From Candidatus Pampinifervens sinense (GTDB taxonomy: Bacteria > Aquificota > Aquificia > Aquificales > Aquificaceae): a stretch of 64,000 bases of DNA. The stretch is taken from NCBI GenBank assembly GCA_037927135.1, contig JAXSPP010000007.1, positions 15,494-79,493 on the forward strand, in the 5' to 3' direction. Under the pieces are notes generated by a model, which saw nothing but the letters and a program-made list of their open reading frames with translations, was not told the DNA's origin and did not search any database. Positions within the stretch are counted from its first letter, which is position 1, and each line of letters opens with the position of its first letter. This document shows, one piece after another, positions 18,171 through 27,917 of this stretch. The position numbers and the translations under genes were made by a program.

Positions 18171-19381
18171 ACGTAATTTGTAAGCAAGCTATTTACAATA
18201 GAGAGGGGAAGGTGGCCTTCTATGAGATATTTCTGCAAGATAGAAGAACTGGAAGATATCCTGAAAACTTTGACCCTCTTAAGGCTACAAGCATAGCCAT
18301 AGATGTATTGGTGGAGATAGGCCCGCAGAATGTGGGTGGAGGTAAGCTGGTTTTTGTTAATGTTCCAGCCATATTCCTTGAAGCTTCCATGTTTGACCTT
18401 CTTTCTCCAAAGTATGTAGGCATTGAACTTGTAGAAAACAAAAGGCTGACCAATACGCTGTTAGAGGCCATAGAGGTGCTTGTAAAACGCGGTTTTAAGT
18501 TTTGCATAGACGATTTTGGCTTTGAAAAGATTGACTATCTGCCGCTTTTAAATAAATGTCATTTTGTAAAGATAAACATAAAGGACAATCCTTATAATCA
18601 AGAGGAATTAAAAGAGGTTATAAGCATATTAAAAAGCCTTAAAAAAGGTATAATAGCTAAAAACATTGAATCAAAGGAGGATTATGAGAACGCCTATCAG
18701 TTAGGCTTTGAATATTTCCAAGGGAATTATCTTTCAAGGCCTGTTATGGTCAAGGATACACGCACCATATCTTTCTTAAAATCAACCATAATAAAAATAT
18801 ACGATGCTATAAAAGCAAGAAACATTAAAAAGGTGATTGATATAATAGAAAAGGATGTAGGAGTAACATATAAACTGCTTAAGTTTGTAAATTCTGCATA
18901 TTTTCCCAAGATAAGGGAGTTTAGTAATGTGGAGGAGGCTGTAGTTTATTTAGGCCTTGAGAATGTGGCAAAGTTTGTTATAGTTTTGGCTTTGTCCGAT
19001 ATGTTTGCCGATGAGGAAGAAAAGAAGCTGTGGAAAAGGGCACTATTTAGGGCAAGCCTTGGAGAAAAGATTGCGGAAATATATTCAAAGGAGGTAAAGG
19101 ATAAGGCTTATCTTATGGGGCTATTTTCCCTCTCATGGGAGATCTTTGGTCAAAAGCCAGCAGACCTTGCAAGGGCTTTAGCCCTAGATGGAGAGATAGT
19201 GGAAGCTTATGAAAACAGGCTTAGCTTGCTGGGTTTTATACTTTCCCTTATAGAACTTTTGGAGGAGAGTGGAAACGAGGATACGATAGGGAAGGTAGCT
19301 AAAGTTTTGGAAACACAGCAGGATAAGGTAAAAAGAATGATTGAAGAGGCTAGGATGGAAGCGGAAAGGTTTATAGATTAA
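18167..19381 (+). CDS. EAL-like plus HDOD domain signalling protein
   Basis: 404-aa ORF. The N-terminal EAL-like domain has IELVE, CIDDFG and FQGNY. The C-terminal HDOD-like domain has KLLKFVNSAYF. Several canonical EAL catalytic positions appear substituted. Confidence 0.7.
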   Translation: MNVICKQAIYNREGKVAFYEIFLQDRRTGRYPENFDPLKATSIAIDVLVEIGPQNVGGGKLVFVNVPAIFLEASMFDLLSPKYVGIELVENKRLTNTLLEAIEVLVKRGFKFCIDDFGFEKIDYLPLLNKCHFVKINIKDNPYNQEELKEVISILKSLKKGIIAKNIESKEDYENAYQLGFEYFQGNYLSRPVMVKDTRTISFLKSTIIKIYDAIKARNIKKVIDIIEKDVGVTYKLLKFVNSAYFPKIREFSNVEEAVVYLGLENVAKFVIVLALSDMFADEEEKKLWKRALFRASLGEKIAEIYSKEVKDKAYLMGLFSLSWEIFGQKPADLARALALDGEIVEAYENRLSLLGFILSLIELLEESGNEDTIGKVAKVLETQQDKVKRMIEEARMEAERFID

Positions 19382-20295
19382 TCTGTTGCATAACTATGAA
19401 GTCCTGGGAAGAAGAGGTTTACCGCAAAGAAGCATATGAGCACGGTTATAAATCCGAAGACCACCATCCAAGCCGTTCTTTTACCTCTCCAGCCAAGCAT
19501 CTGCCTTGCATGTAGATAGGCCCCGAAAAACAGCCATACTATAAGGGACCAAACCTCTTTAGGATCCCAGCTCCAATATCCTCCCCACGCTTCATTGGCC
19601 CATGCAGCACCAAAGATTATGGAAGCAGTCCATATGGGAAAGACTATGACTATGGATTTATAGGTTATCTCATCAAGTATCTCCTTAGAAGGCAAAGGAA
19701 GTTTAGGAAACTTATCCTTTAGAAGATAAAGAAGGGCTCCACCAAAACCTACAGTAAAACCAGCATAGCCTGTAAAGGCGGTAACCACATGAAGATAGAG
19801 CCAATAGCTCCTTAGGGCGGGCACTAAAGGTGTTATCTCCTTTGAGGCGTAAAAGATGGCAAAGGCTGAAAGGAACAAGATTATTGGAACAACAAAAGCT
19901 CCAAGAAGTCTTATTCCATACTTTCTTTCAACGATTAGATATATAAAGCCTACTACAAAGCTCCAAAAGGTCAAAGCCTCAAAAAGGTTGCTCCAAGGTG
20001 GATGGGGGACACCGAGCTCATAAGTCTGTATGGTCCTTCTTACCATACCAGCAAGGTTAAGGATAAGGCCAGCATAAAGACTAAAAGAAGCCAAGCTTTG
20101 GATGAGTCTGTCGCGCAAAAGCACTGTGCTAAGGTATATTATTGCAGATAAGGCATAGGCTAACGTGGCAGACTTATACCAGAAGGTATTCTCTACCTTT
20201 AGAAGCCCTAGGCCTGCGCCTGCAAAGAATAAAAAAAGCCAGTAGAAAAGACCGTTTATCTTATAGGAAGCCTTTTCAACAAATACCTCGCGCAT
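19378..20295 (-). CDS. ccsA: Cytochrome c biogenesis protein CcsA/ResC
   Basis: 305-aa polytopic ORF with the Trp-rich haem-handling motif WANEAWGGYWSWDPKEVWS and flanking conserved His residues. Confidence 0.85.
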   Translation of the reverse strand: MREVFVEKASYKINGLFYWLFLFFAGAGLGLLKVENTFWYKSATLAYALSAIIYLSTVLLRDRLIQSLASFSLYAGLILNLAGMVRRTIQTYELGVPHPPWSNLFEALTFWSFVVGFIYLIVERKYGIRLLGAFVVPIILFLSAFAIFYASKEITPLVPALRSYWLYLHVVTAFTGYAGFTVGFGGALLYLLKDKFPKLPLPSKEILDEITYKSIVIVFPIWTASIIFGAAWANEAWGGYWSWDPKEVWSLIVWLFFGAYLHARQMLGWRGKRTAWMVVFGFITVLICFFAVNLFFPGLHSYATD

Positions 20296-20313
20296 AGTAT
20301 CTATAAATATAGT

Positions 20314-20766
20314 CTACTTTTGTGGTTTTACATCCACTTTTATAAACACGCTCACCTCGGGATGAAGCTTCAACTCTACAGTGTATATGCCTATCTCCTT
20401 TATAGGGTTCCTTAGCATAACCTTCTTCCTATCCACATCAAAGCCCTTTTCTTGCAAAGCCTGCGCTATGTCTTGAGTTGTAACAGATCCAAAGAGCTTT
20501 CCCTTTTCTCCCACCTGCTTGAAGATCTCCAACACCATACCCTCCAATCTTTTTGCAAGCTCCAGCGCCTTTTCCTTTTCTCTTTGTAGTTTTCTAGCCT
20601 TTTGAGCCATTATAGTTCTTACATGTTTTAGGTTGCTTTCAGTAGCGGGCAAGGCATAACCTCTTGGTATAAGATAGTTTCTTGCAAATCCATCCTTTAC
20701 AGTTATGACATCTCCAAAGACACCATAACCCTCTAGATCCTTTATGAGCACCACCTTCATGGCCAA
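20314..20766 (-). CDS. rplI: 50S ribosomal protein L9
   Basis: 150-aa ORF. N-terminus MKVVLIKDLEGYG..GDVITVKDGFARNYLIP. It is the last gene of the rpsF-ssb-rpsR-rplI cluster. Confidence 0.93.
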   Translation of the reverse strand: MAMKVVLIKDLEGYGVFGDVITVKDGFARNYLIPRGYALPATESNLKHVRTIMAQKARKLQREKEKALELAKRLEGMVLEIFKQVGEKGKLFGSVTTQDIAQALQEKGFDVDRKKVMLRNPIKEIGIYTVELKLHPEVSVFIKVDVKPQK

Positions 20767-20772
20767 ACCTCC

Positions 20773-20994
20773 TTAGATTATTAGGTAAGGCAACAAAGCT
20801 AGCTGTCTTGCCCTCTTTATCTCTCTTGAAAGTAATCTCTGGTGCTTTGCACACACGCCAGTCTGCCTTCTCCCTATTATCTTACCCCTTTCTGAAAGGA
20901 ACTTTCTTAGCTCTTCGTATTCCTTATAGCTTGGATTCTTTTTAGCCTCACAAAAGGGACACACCTTTTTAGCAGGCTTCTTAATTATCTCCAT
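20773..20994 (-). CDS. rpsR: 30S ribosomal protein S18
   Basis: 73-aa ORF with S18 motifs ([32 protein letters not shown]...IKRAR.LALLPY). Confidence 0.93.
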   Translation of the reverse strand: MEIIKKPAKKVCPFCEAKKNPSYKEYEELRKFLSERGKIIGRRQTGVCAKHQRLLSREIKRARQLALLPYLII

Positions 20995-21005
20995 GATACA
21001 CCTCC

Positions 21006-21434
21006 TTAAAAGGGTATTTCATCATCCTCCGAAGTAAAAGGCTTTTCTGGAAGCTCCTCTGGAAAGGGCTCCTCTTCCTTTAAAACTACCTCCTCCGTAG
21101 GCCCTTCCATTTTGGGCTTATTGATTATCCTAACACCCTCCGCCACTATGCGCACCTTGCTTTGCAGCTTTCCTTCCTTATCAGTCCACCGGTCCTGCAC
21201 AAGCCTTCCTTCTACCACCACCGTATAACCCTTTGATATACGCGTTCCTACGCTTTCTGCAAGCTTTCCATAAGCCTTAACTTCAAAAAAGTGGCTTTCC
21301 TCCTTCCATACCTCTCCTACCATATACCTTCTGTTGTAGGCAAGAACAAACTCCGCTATCTGCGTTCCGGACGGTAGGTACCTTATGACAGGATCCTTTA
21401 TAAGCCTTCCTATTATTATTACCCTATTGAGCAA
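21006..21434 (-). CDS. ssb: Single-stranded DNA-binding protein
   Basis: 142-aa ORF. It has an OB-fold N-terminus ([14 protein letters not shown]) and an acidic C-terminal tip DDEIPF. Confidence 0.93.
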   Translation of the reverse strand: MLNRVIIIGRLIKDPVIRYLPSGTQIAEFVLAYNRRYMVGEVWKEESHFFEVKAYGKLAESVGTRISKGYTVVVEGRLVQDRWTDKEGKLQSKVRIVAEGVRIINKPKMEGPTEEVVLKEEEPFPEELPEKPFTSEDDEIPF

Positions 21435-21762
21435 CTTGGCTTACCTCAGATTTCTTAAGCTTCATATTTAGCCAGCGTATGACATCGTCGTTGATCTTAT
21501 AGTAGAAATCAAGATCGTTGGGAAGGTCGGTATTTTCCGATCTTATCAAAAGGATAAAGTACCTTCCATAGTGAAAGCGCTGTATCGGATAGGCAAGCTG
21601 TTTTGTTCCCCAATCGGTAATGTTGAGCACCTCTCCACCCTTCTTCTGTATAAAATCTTTAAGCTCCTGAAGCCTTCTTTGGACCTCTTCTTCCGTAAGG
21701 GTAGGCTTAAAGACCACAACGCTCTCATAATAGCGTTCCGTTTCATAATACCTTCTTCCCAT
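21424..21762 (-). CDS. rpsF: 30S ribosomal protein S6
   Basis: 112-aa ORF (YESVVVFKPTLTEEE...WG.KQLAYPI). It is the first gene of the S6 operon. Confidence 0.93.
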   Translation of the reverse strand: MGRRYYETERYYESVVVFKPTLTEEEVQRRLQELKDFIQKKGGEVLNITDWGTKQLAYPIQRFHYGRYFILLIRSENTDLPNDLDFYYKINDDVIRWLNMKLKKSEVSQVAQ

Positions 21763-21827
21763 ACTTCACCTCCTGGGCTTTAATGGTCCCCGCCCTAAGG
21801 GCGGGAACGAGGTGATATATCATTATA
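21763..21827 (-). promoter_or_regulatory. Candidate rpsF promoter (-10 TATAAT) and structured 5' leader that sequesters the SD
   Basis: Three elements on the minus strand. TATAAT lies at 21827..21822. UCACCUC (21815..21809) is perfectly complementary to the SD region GAGGUGA (21772..21766). An inner 7-bp GC hairpin, CCCGCCC-UUA-GGGCGGG, lies at 21805..21789. Confidence 0.4.
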
Positions 21828-21833
21828 ACATAA

Positions 21834-23501
21834 CTAAGCTTCCAAAACGGCACCCTTAGAAGCAGAGGTTACAAGCTTCATATACCTTCTTAGCCATGGA
21901 CTTTTTACTTCCTTCTGTATGGGCTTGAAGTTCTCCATTCTCCTTTTGAACTCCTCCTCTGGTATGAGAAGCTCTATCCTTCTGTTTGGTATGTCTATGA
22001 GTATCTCATCTCCATCTTGGACTATACCAATGGGACCTCCGCTGGCCGCTTCTGGAGATACGTGCCCCACACAAGCTCCCCTTGTGCCACCTGAAAACCT
22101 TCCATCGGTTATAAGGGCCACCTTGTCCCCAAGACCCATTCCCATTATGGCAGAGGTGGGAGAGAGCATCTCCCTCATGCCGGGGCCACCCTTTGGCCCC
22201 TCATACCTTATGACCACCACATGGCCTGGCTTTACCTTCCCACCCAGTATACCCTCTATAGCCTCCTCTTCAGAGTTAAAGCATATGGCCTTTCCTTTGA
22301 AGACAAGCATTTTAGGATCTACTCCGGCCGTCTTTACCACTGCACCCTCTGGAGCCAAATTGCCAAAGAGTATGGCTATACCACCTTCCCTTGAGTATGG
22401 GTCTTCTATCCTTCTTATCACCTCTCCGTCCGCATCCGGTGCCTCTTGAGCTATTTCCCTCAAGGTCTTTAGGCTGACCGTTAGTTTATCCGGATAGGGC
22501 AAGTACCCACCCCTTATGAGCTCTTTAAGAAGGGTGGGAATACCGCCTACTCTGTCTAGGTCTTCTATATGATAGGATGAGGCTGGTGAAATCTTACACA
22601 AGGTTGGTGTCCTTTTTGATATCTCGTTTATCCTTGAAAGGTCATACTCAATGCCCGCTTCCCTTGCTATGGCCAAAAGGTGGAGTATGGTGTTGGAAGA
22701 ACCTCCCATGGCAATATCTACAGCAAAGGCATTATCAAAGGCCTCCACCGTGAGAATGTCCCTTGGTCTTATGTTCCTCCTTAAAAGTTCCATTATCTGC
22801 CTTGCTGCCTTCCTTGCCAAAATCTCCCTTCTTGGGTCCACCGCAGGTATGGTGCCGTTGCCGGGAAGGCCAAGGCCAAGCACTTCCGTAATACAGTTCA
22901 TAGAGTTAGCAGTAAACATACCAGAACAGCTACCACAGGTAGGGCAAGCTTGCTCTTCTATAAGCTTTAATTCCCTTTCTGTGATCTTTCCAGCCTTGAG
23001 CTGGCCAATGCCTTCAAAGACGCTGATTAGGTCCACTTTTTTGCCGTTGATCTCTCCTGCCAGCATGGGCCCACCGCTTATAAAGATGGTGGGTATGTTT
23101 AGCCTTGCGGCGGCCATGAGCATGCCGGGCACTATCTTGTCGCAGTTAGGAATGCATATCAAAGCATCAAGCTGGTGGGCCTCCACAACCGTTTCTATGG
23201 AGTCAGCTATTAATTCCCTTGAGGGTAAAGAGTAGTGCATACCATAGTGGCCCATGGCAATGCCATCGTCCACGCCTATCACATTGAACTCTATAGGCAC
23301 ACCACCAGCCTTACGAATTTCTTCTTTTATGGGCTGGACAAACTCCCTAAGGTGCACATGTCCAGGAATAATGTCTATGTAGGAGTTGGCTATACCGATA
23401 AGAGGCTTGTCAAAGTCCTCGTCGGAGAGGCCGCAGGCCCTAAGCAGAGCCCTATGGGGAGACCTTTCTATGCCCTTTTTGACCTTATCGCTTCTATACA
23501 T
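21834..23501 (-). CDS. ilvD: Dihydroxy-acid dehydratase
   Basis: The track ORF runs to 23525. The ATG at 23501 ([10 protein letters not shown]..) is preceded by GGAGGTGA. IlvD/Edd motifs are CDK(IV)PG, GPGMREM and [10 protein letters not shown]. Confidence 0.95.
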   Translation of the reverse strand: MYRSDKVKKGIERSPHRALLRACGLSDEDFDKPLIGIANSYIDIIPGHVHLREFVQPIKEEIRKAGGVPIEFNVIGVDDGIAMGHYGMHYSLPSRELIADSIETVVEAHQLDALICIPNCDKIVPGMLMAAARLNIPTIFISGGPMLAGEINGKKVDLISVFEGIGQLKAGKITERELKLIEEQACPTCGSCSGMFTANSMNCITEVLGLGLPGNGTIPAVDPRREILARKAARQIMELLRRNIRPRDILTVEAFDNAFAVDIAMGGSSNTILHLLAIAREAGIEYDLSRINEISKRTPTLCKISPASSYHIEDLDRVGGIPTLLKELIRGGYLPYPDKLTVSLKTLREIAQEAPDADGEVIRRIEDPYSREGGIAILFGNLAPEGAVVKTAGVDPKMLVFKGKAICFNSEEEAIEGILGGKVKPGHVVVIRYEGPKGGPGMREMLSPTSAIMGMGLGDKVALITDGRFSGGTRGACVGHVSPEAASGGPIGIVQDGDEILIDIPNRRIELLIPEEEFKRRMENFKPIQKEVKSPWLRRYMKLVTSASKGAVLEA

Positions 23502-23502
23502 T

Positions 23503-24153
23503 TTAATCACCTCCTCTGGACTCAAAAACCTTCATCTCAAGCCTTTGTATCCTTATAAGCATATCATCAATTATCTCTTTTTGAGATAAAGCCCTGTTTA
23601 GGTCTCCTCTTATCTTGGAAACCTCTATATAAAGGTAGTCAATCCTTTGGGTGTTCTGGGCAATCTCAGCTTTTAGCTCCGCTCTTGTCTCATCAATCCT
23701 TTTATTCACATCGTCAATTCTTTTGTTTGTTTCATCAAGCCTTCTGTTAAGCTGGTCAATCCTTTGGGTGTTTTGGGCTATCTCAGATTTTAGTTCTATC
23801 CTAGTTTGATCAATCTCAGCTTTTAGTTCCGCTCTTGTTTTATCAATCTTTTCGTTTGTCTCGTCAATCCTTTTATTTACATCGTCAATCCTTTTGTTTG
23901 TATCATCAATCCTCTTGTTTGTCTCATCTATCCTTTGGTTGATGTATTCAAGCATCCTTTTTATCTCTCTCATCTCCGCCTCAAGGCTTTTCTGCCTTGA
24001 CTCAAGGGAAGCCATCCTTTGATTTAAAGATTCCACAACGAGCCTAAAGCCCGCAAGCTCTCCGCTAACGGTGGCTTTGAAATCTCTAAATTCCTCCTTT
24101 AGCTCACCTACTATAAGGTCCTTTAGTTTTTCTGCAAGCTTGTCTAAGTCCAT
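23503..24153 (-). CDS. Heptad-repeat coiled-coil protein of unknown function
   Basis: ORF of about 216 aa between the nuoH stop and the ilvD start. Candidate starts are ATG 24153 and GTG 24159. The core is repeated [14 protein letters not shown] heptads and duplicated blocks [17 protein letters not shown]. It is predicted to be almost entirely alpha-helical. Confidence 0.6.
   Translation of the reverse strand: MDLDKLAEKLKDLIVGELKEEFRDFKATVSGELAGFRLVVESLNQRMASLESRQKSLEAEMREIKRMLEYINQRIDETNKRIDDTNKRIDDVNKRIDETNEKIDKTRAELKAEIDQTRIELKSEIAQNTQRIDQLNRRLDETNKRIDDVNKRIDETRAELKAEIAQNTQRIDYLYIEVSKIRGDLNRALSQKEIIDDMLIRIQRLEMKVFESRGGD
23640..23945. repeat. In-frame 21-bp tandem repeats and longer duplications inside the coiled-coil gene
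   Basis: Plus-strand units resemble catcgtcaatccttttgtttgt, repeated at least 6 times. A block of about 100 bp (gtcaatcctttgggtgtt.tgggc.atctcag.ttttag) is duplicated. Confidence 0.85.
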
Positions 24154-24155
24154 AA

Positions 24156-25163
24156 TCACATAATATAGGCCACTATAGCCGTTACTACCACATTAACAAT
24201 GGATATAGGCAACATGATCTTCCAGCCTATCTCTGTTATGTCCCTTGCTTGAAACCTTGGCAGGGTCCAATGTAGCCAAAGGACAAAGAAGACAAGGGCA
24301 AACATCTTTATAAGGAACCAAAGGTAGGGGGAAAGGGGTCCAAAGATGGGTGGTCCAGACCAGCCACCAAAGAAGAGAACCACCGCAATGGCAGAAAGGG
24401 CCATCACATTCAGATACCACTCGGCCAAGGGAAAGACTCCAAACCTCATGCCTCCGTATTCCACGTTATAACCGGTTACCAGCTCCGCTTCCGCCTCCTG
24501 TATGTCAAAGGGTACTCTTCCCGATTCGGCCAGCATACAGAAAAGGTAAAGGACAAAGGCCACAGGCTGGTGGACTATAAACCAAACTCCTCTTTCTATC
24601 TGAGCCTGAACAATGCCAGTGGTGCTCATGGTGCCAGCCAATAGGATAACTCCAAGGACAGAAAAGCCAAGGACCACCTCATAGGAGATTATGACGGCAG
24701 ACTTTCTTAAAGAGCCTATGAAGGCATACTTGGAGTTGGAAGCCCAACCTGAGAAGATGGTGCCATACACAGCCAAAGATCCAAAGGCAAAGACCAAAAG
24801 CAAGGCAATGTTTACATCGGATATGATGGGCTTTATCTCATAGCCAAAGAGTTTAAAGCTTGGGCCAAAGGGGATTACAGAGAACAAAAGTAAAGATGGA
24901 GCCAAGGCCATGACAACGGCCAAATAATACACGGGCTTATCTGCATTCTGGGGCACTATGGACTCTTTGGTAAGGAGCTTGATACCGTCAGCCAAAGGTT
25001 GCAACAGTCCAAAAGGACCTACAAGCTTTGGCCCCATACGGGCCTGAATATGTCCCGCCAGTTTTCTTTCAAACCATGTAAGGTAGGCACCTAAACCTAA
25101 GAAGACACCAAGGACAACAAGTATTTTTATGAGGGTTATAAGTATGGAAAGCCAGAGCTCCAT
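24156..25163 (-). CDS. nuoH: NADH-quinone oxidoreductase subunit H
   Basis: 335-aa polytopic ORF with NuoH/ND1 motifs (ERK..G..Q.R.GP, PFD..EAE.ELV.G...EY). Confidence 0.95.
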   Translation of the reverse strand: MELWLSILITLIKILVVLGVFLGLGAYLTWFERKLAGHIQARMGPKLVGPFGLLQPLADGIKLLTKESIVPQNADKPVYYLAVVMALAPSLLLFSVIPFGPSFKLFGYEIKPIISDVNIALLLVFAFGSLAVYGTIFSGWASNSKYAFIGSLRKSAVIISYEVVLGFSVLGVILLAGTMSTTGIVQAQIERGVWFIVHQPVAFVLYLFCMLAESGRVPFDIQEAEAELVTGYNVEYGGMRFGVFPLAEWYLNVMALSAIAVVLFFGGWSGPPIFGPLSPYLWFLIKMFALVFFVLWLHWTLPRFQARDITEIGWKIMLPISIVNVVVTAIVAYIM

Positions 25164-25174
25164 CTATAACCTCC

Positions 25175-26944
25175 TTACCTGTCCGTTTCTCCCACCACTG
25201 GGTCCAAACTACCAAGAAGGGCTATAGCATCCGCTATAGTTCCGTCCTTTATAAGCTTTGGAAAGATGGAAAGGTTGTAAAAGGCTCCAGACCTGATCCT
25301 TAGTCTGTAGGGCTTGGAGCCACCTTTAGAGTATATGTAGAAGCCTAGCTCTCCCCTTGGGTTCTCTCCGCTGGCGTAGACTTCTCCCGGTGGTGCAGAC
25401 TCTCCATGAACCACTATACGGAAGTTCTTTACCATATCCTCAAGGGCCATAAAGACATCTTCCTTTGGTGCCATTACGGCAGGATGTTCCTTGTTTATGT
25501 ATGGTGCAGACTTTGGAAGCTTTTCAAGCTTTGCCACACACTGCTCTATGATTCTCAAGCTTTGCACCATTTCTTCCATACGCACCAAGTATCTATCGTA
25601 CACATCCCCCACCTCTCCCACTGGAATGTCAAACTCCACCTCATCGTAGGCAGCGTAAGGTTCAAGCTTTCTTATATCGTAAGGCACACCAGAGCCTCTT
25701 GCCACAGGACCTGTAAGGCCGTAATTGAAAACATCCTCCCTGCTTATAACTCCTATATCTTTGGTCCTTCTGAGCCATATACGGTTCCTCGTAAGAAGGT
25801 TGTGGTATTCTTTTAGCCTGTTTGGAAAGTCTTTTATGAAGGCCTTTACCACATCAAGGGTTCCTTCCGCAAGGTCATAATGCACTCCTCCGATCCTCAG
25901 AAAGGCAGAGGTGAGCCTAAAGCCTGCGTTTCCTTCTATTATGTCCATTATCTTCTCCCTTTCTCTGAAGGCATAAAGAAAGACGGTCAATGCTCCAAGG
26001 TCCAAAGCTCCTGTGCCAAGCCAAAGAAGATGGGAGTTTATCCTCTGTAGCTCTGCAAACATGGTTCTGATGTATCTGGCCTTCTCTGGAACTTCTACAC
26101 CTAGAAGCTTTTCCACAGCCGTCACGTAAGAAAGCTCATTGCATATAGCGGAGATGTAATCCATCCTGTCTGTGTAGGGTAAAAACTGGAAATAATAAAG
26201 GTTTTCCGCTATCTTTTCCATTCCCCTGTGGAGCTGTCCGAGGATGATGTCCGATTGGACTACCCTTTCTCCATCCAAGTCAAACAGAAACCATATGGTT
26301 CCATGTGTTCCCGGATGTAAAGGCCCCCAGTTTAAAACCAGCTGTGCCTTCTTTTGTAGCCTTGATTTTTCTGTTCTTTCTAGGTCCTCAAGGGTAGCTA
26401 TGCGCGTGTGCATCACCTCATAGTCATGGCTTGGTGGCTCCGTCCTTCCTGCATATAGTTCTGTCAAGGATGGAAGCTCCACTTCTGGAAAGCCTTCAAG
26501 GGGAAAGTCCTTTCTCAAAGGATGGTAAGGATAGCCCTCCCACATAAACATCCTTCTTAGGTTCTCATGGCCTTCATACTCCACTCCAAACATATCGTAG
26601 GCTTCCCTTTCGGCCCACTTTGCACAGGGCCAGAGCTTTTCAATAGATGGGAGCTTGCCATCCTTTGCCCAAGTTTTAACGATAACCCTCTCGTTTGTAT
26701 CCGGGTTATAGAGTATGTATATGCCCTGGAATCTTTCCCTCTTCTCCGGAAAGTCTATGCATGTGTGGTCTATAAAATGTCTGTAGCCTTCCCTCTCCTT
26801 TAGATGTTTGAGGAGGTCTATCAACCTTTCCTGTTTTACATGCAAGTTAGTGGTGTGCTTTGTAAATTCAATCTCCACATCCTTGAACTCAAACTTTATC
26901 CTGTCGGCGGTAGCTCTGTTCATCCAAGGCATAGCATACCTCAC
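25175..26944 (-). CDS. nuoCD: NADH-quinone oxidoreductase fused subunits C/D
   Basis: 589-aa ORF. The N-terminal 30-kDa (NuoC) part has EREAYDMFG. The C-terminal 49-kDa (NuoD) part has [11 protein letters not shown] and ends in VVGETDR. Confidence 0.93.
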   Translation of the reverse strand: MRYAMPWMNRATADRIKFEFKDVEIEFTKHTTNLHVKQERLIDLLKHLKEREGYRHFIDHTCIDFPEKRERFQGIYILYNPDTNERVIVKTWAKDGKLPSIEKLWPCAKWAEREAYDMFGVEYEGHENLRRMFMWEGYPYHPLRKDFPLEGFPEVELPSLTELYAGRTEPPSHDYEVMHTRIATLEDLERTEKSRLQKKAQLVLNWGPLHPGTHGTIWFLFDLDGERVVQSDIILGQLHRGMEKIAENLYYFQFLPYTDRMDYISAICNELSYVTAVEKLLGVEVPEKARYIRTMFAELQRINSHLLWLGTGALDLGALTVFLYAFREREKIMDIIEGNAGFRLTSAFLRIGGVHYDLAEGTLDVVKAFIKDFPNRLKEYHNLLTRNRIWLRRTKDIGVISREDVFNYGLTGPVARGSGVPYDIRKLEPYAAYDEVEFDIPVGEVGDVYDRYLVRMEEMVQSLRIIEQCVAKLEKLPKSAPYINKEHPAVMAPKEDVFMALEDMVKNFRIVVHGESAPPGEVYASGENPRGELGFYIYSKGGSKPYRLRIRSGAFYNLSIFPKLIKDGTIADAIALLGSLDPVVGETDR

Positions 26945-27477
26945 ACGGCTATTTCTCTAGGAATAAGTCCTTGGCGTTCTAAATCCCTCCTAAACTCCTC
27001 AAAGGCTTTATCGTACTTTTTGACACCCTTTTCCTTTATCTTCTTCTGTAGCTGTAGTATGCCGTAGAGTAGGCCCTGTGGATGAGGTGGACAACCAGGT
27101 ATGTAGACATCCACGGGTATTATTCTGTCCACACCTTGAAGGGTTGCATAGGTAGGGAAGGGTCCACCTGCCGATGCACAGCCACCCATTGATATACACC
27201 ACTTTGGATCGGGCATCTGCTCCCACAAAAGCTTTAGCATTGGGGCTACCTTGTTTACCACCGTGCCAGCCACTATTAAAAGGTCTGCTTGCCTTGGAGA
27301 GGCTCTAAAGATAACGCCTAGCCTGTCAAGGTCAAACCTTGAGGCCGCTGTATGCATCATCTCTATAGCACAGCAGGCAAGACCTATTGTTAAAGGCCAA
27401 AGGGCATTACGCCTTCCCCAGCTCAAAAGCTCATCTACTGTAGTCAAAACAAAGCCATTAGAATTTAACATAGCCAT
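26941..27477 (-). CDS. nuoB: NADH-quinone oxidoreductase subunit B
   Basis: 178-aa ORF with N2 cluster ligand motifs [15 protein letters not shown] and IPGCPP. Confidence 0.95.
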   Translation of the reverse strand: MAMLNSNGFVLTTVDELLSWGRRNALWPLTIGLACCAIEMMHTAASRFDLDRLGVIFRASPRQADLLIVAGTVVNKVAPMLKLLWEQMPDPKWCISMGGCASAGGPFPTYATLQGVDRIIPVDVYIPGCPPHPQGLLYGILQLQKKIKEKGVKKYDKAFEEFRRDLERQGLIPREIAV

Positions 27478-27500
27478 GTTATTACCTCCTCAATATAAAT

Positions 27501-27857
27501 CTAGAACTGCCATTTTAGAGCTCCCTTTTTCCATTCATAGGCAAGGCCTAGAGTAAGTATAAAGATAAAGATAAGCGCACCTATCAAACCATAAAGACCT
27601 ACCTCATTGAAGACAACGACCCATGGAAACAGAAAGGCTACCTCTATGTCAAAGAGTATGAGGGATATGCCGAGAAGATAGTAGCCTTGTTTGAAAACAC
27701 CCCTTGCCTCTGGGTCATATACTGGCACACCGCACTCATAAGGATAGCCTTCCATCTTTTCCTTCGTTCTTGGGCCAAGAAGATCGTTCAGGAAGCTAAA
27801 GGCCAGACCCACAAAGAGGGCTATCAAAAAGAAGAACAATATGCCCAAATACTCCAT
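27501..27857 (-). CDS. nuoA: NADH-quinone oxidoreductase subunit A
   Basis: 118-aa ORF with three TM segments and the NuoA/ND3 motif YECG.......R..F...YY....LFL.FD.E..FLFPW. Confidence 0.93.
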   Translation of the reverse strand: MEYLGILFFFLIALFVGLAFSFLNDLLGPRTKEKMEGYPYECGVPVYDPEARGVFKQGYYLLGISLILFDIEVAFLFPWVVVFNEVGLYGLIGALIFIFILTLGLAYEWKKGALKWQF

Positions 27858-27917
27858 GTCTTAATTTTATCACTTTGAAAAGATAAAGTAAAAGTTTATG
27901 ACTGAAATCAATAAAAA

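Noticed and set aside
21919-23235. Plus-strand ORFs of 176 and 194 aa opposite ilvD. Similar minus-strand ORFs lie opposite the P-type ATPase (10178-11682).
   Set aside because: They are shadow ORFs inside strongly supported genes. They are Ser/Pro/Leu-rich and have no SD, motif or family resemblance.
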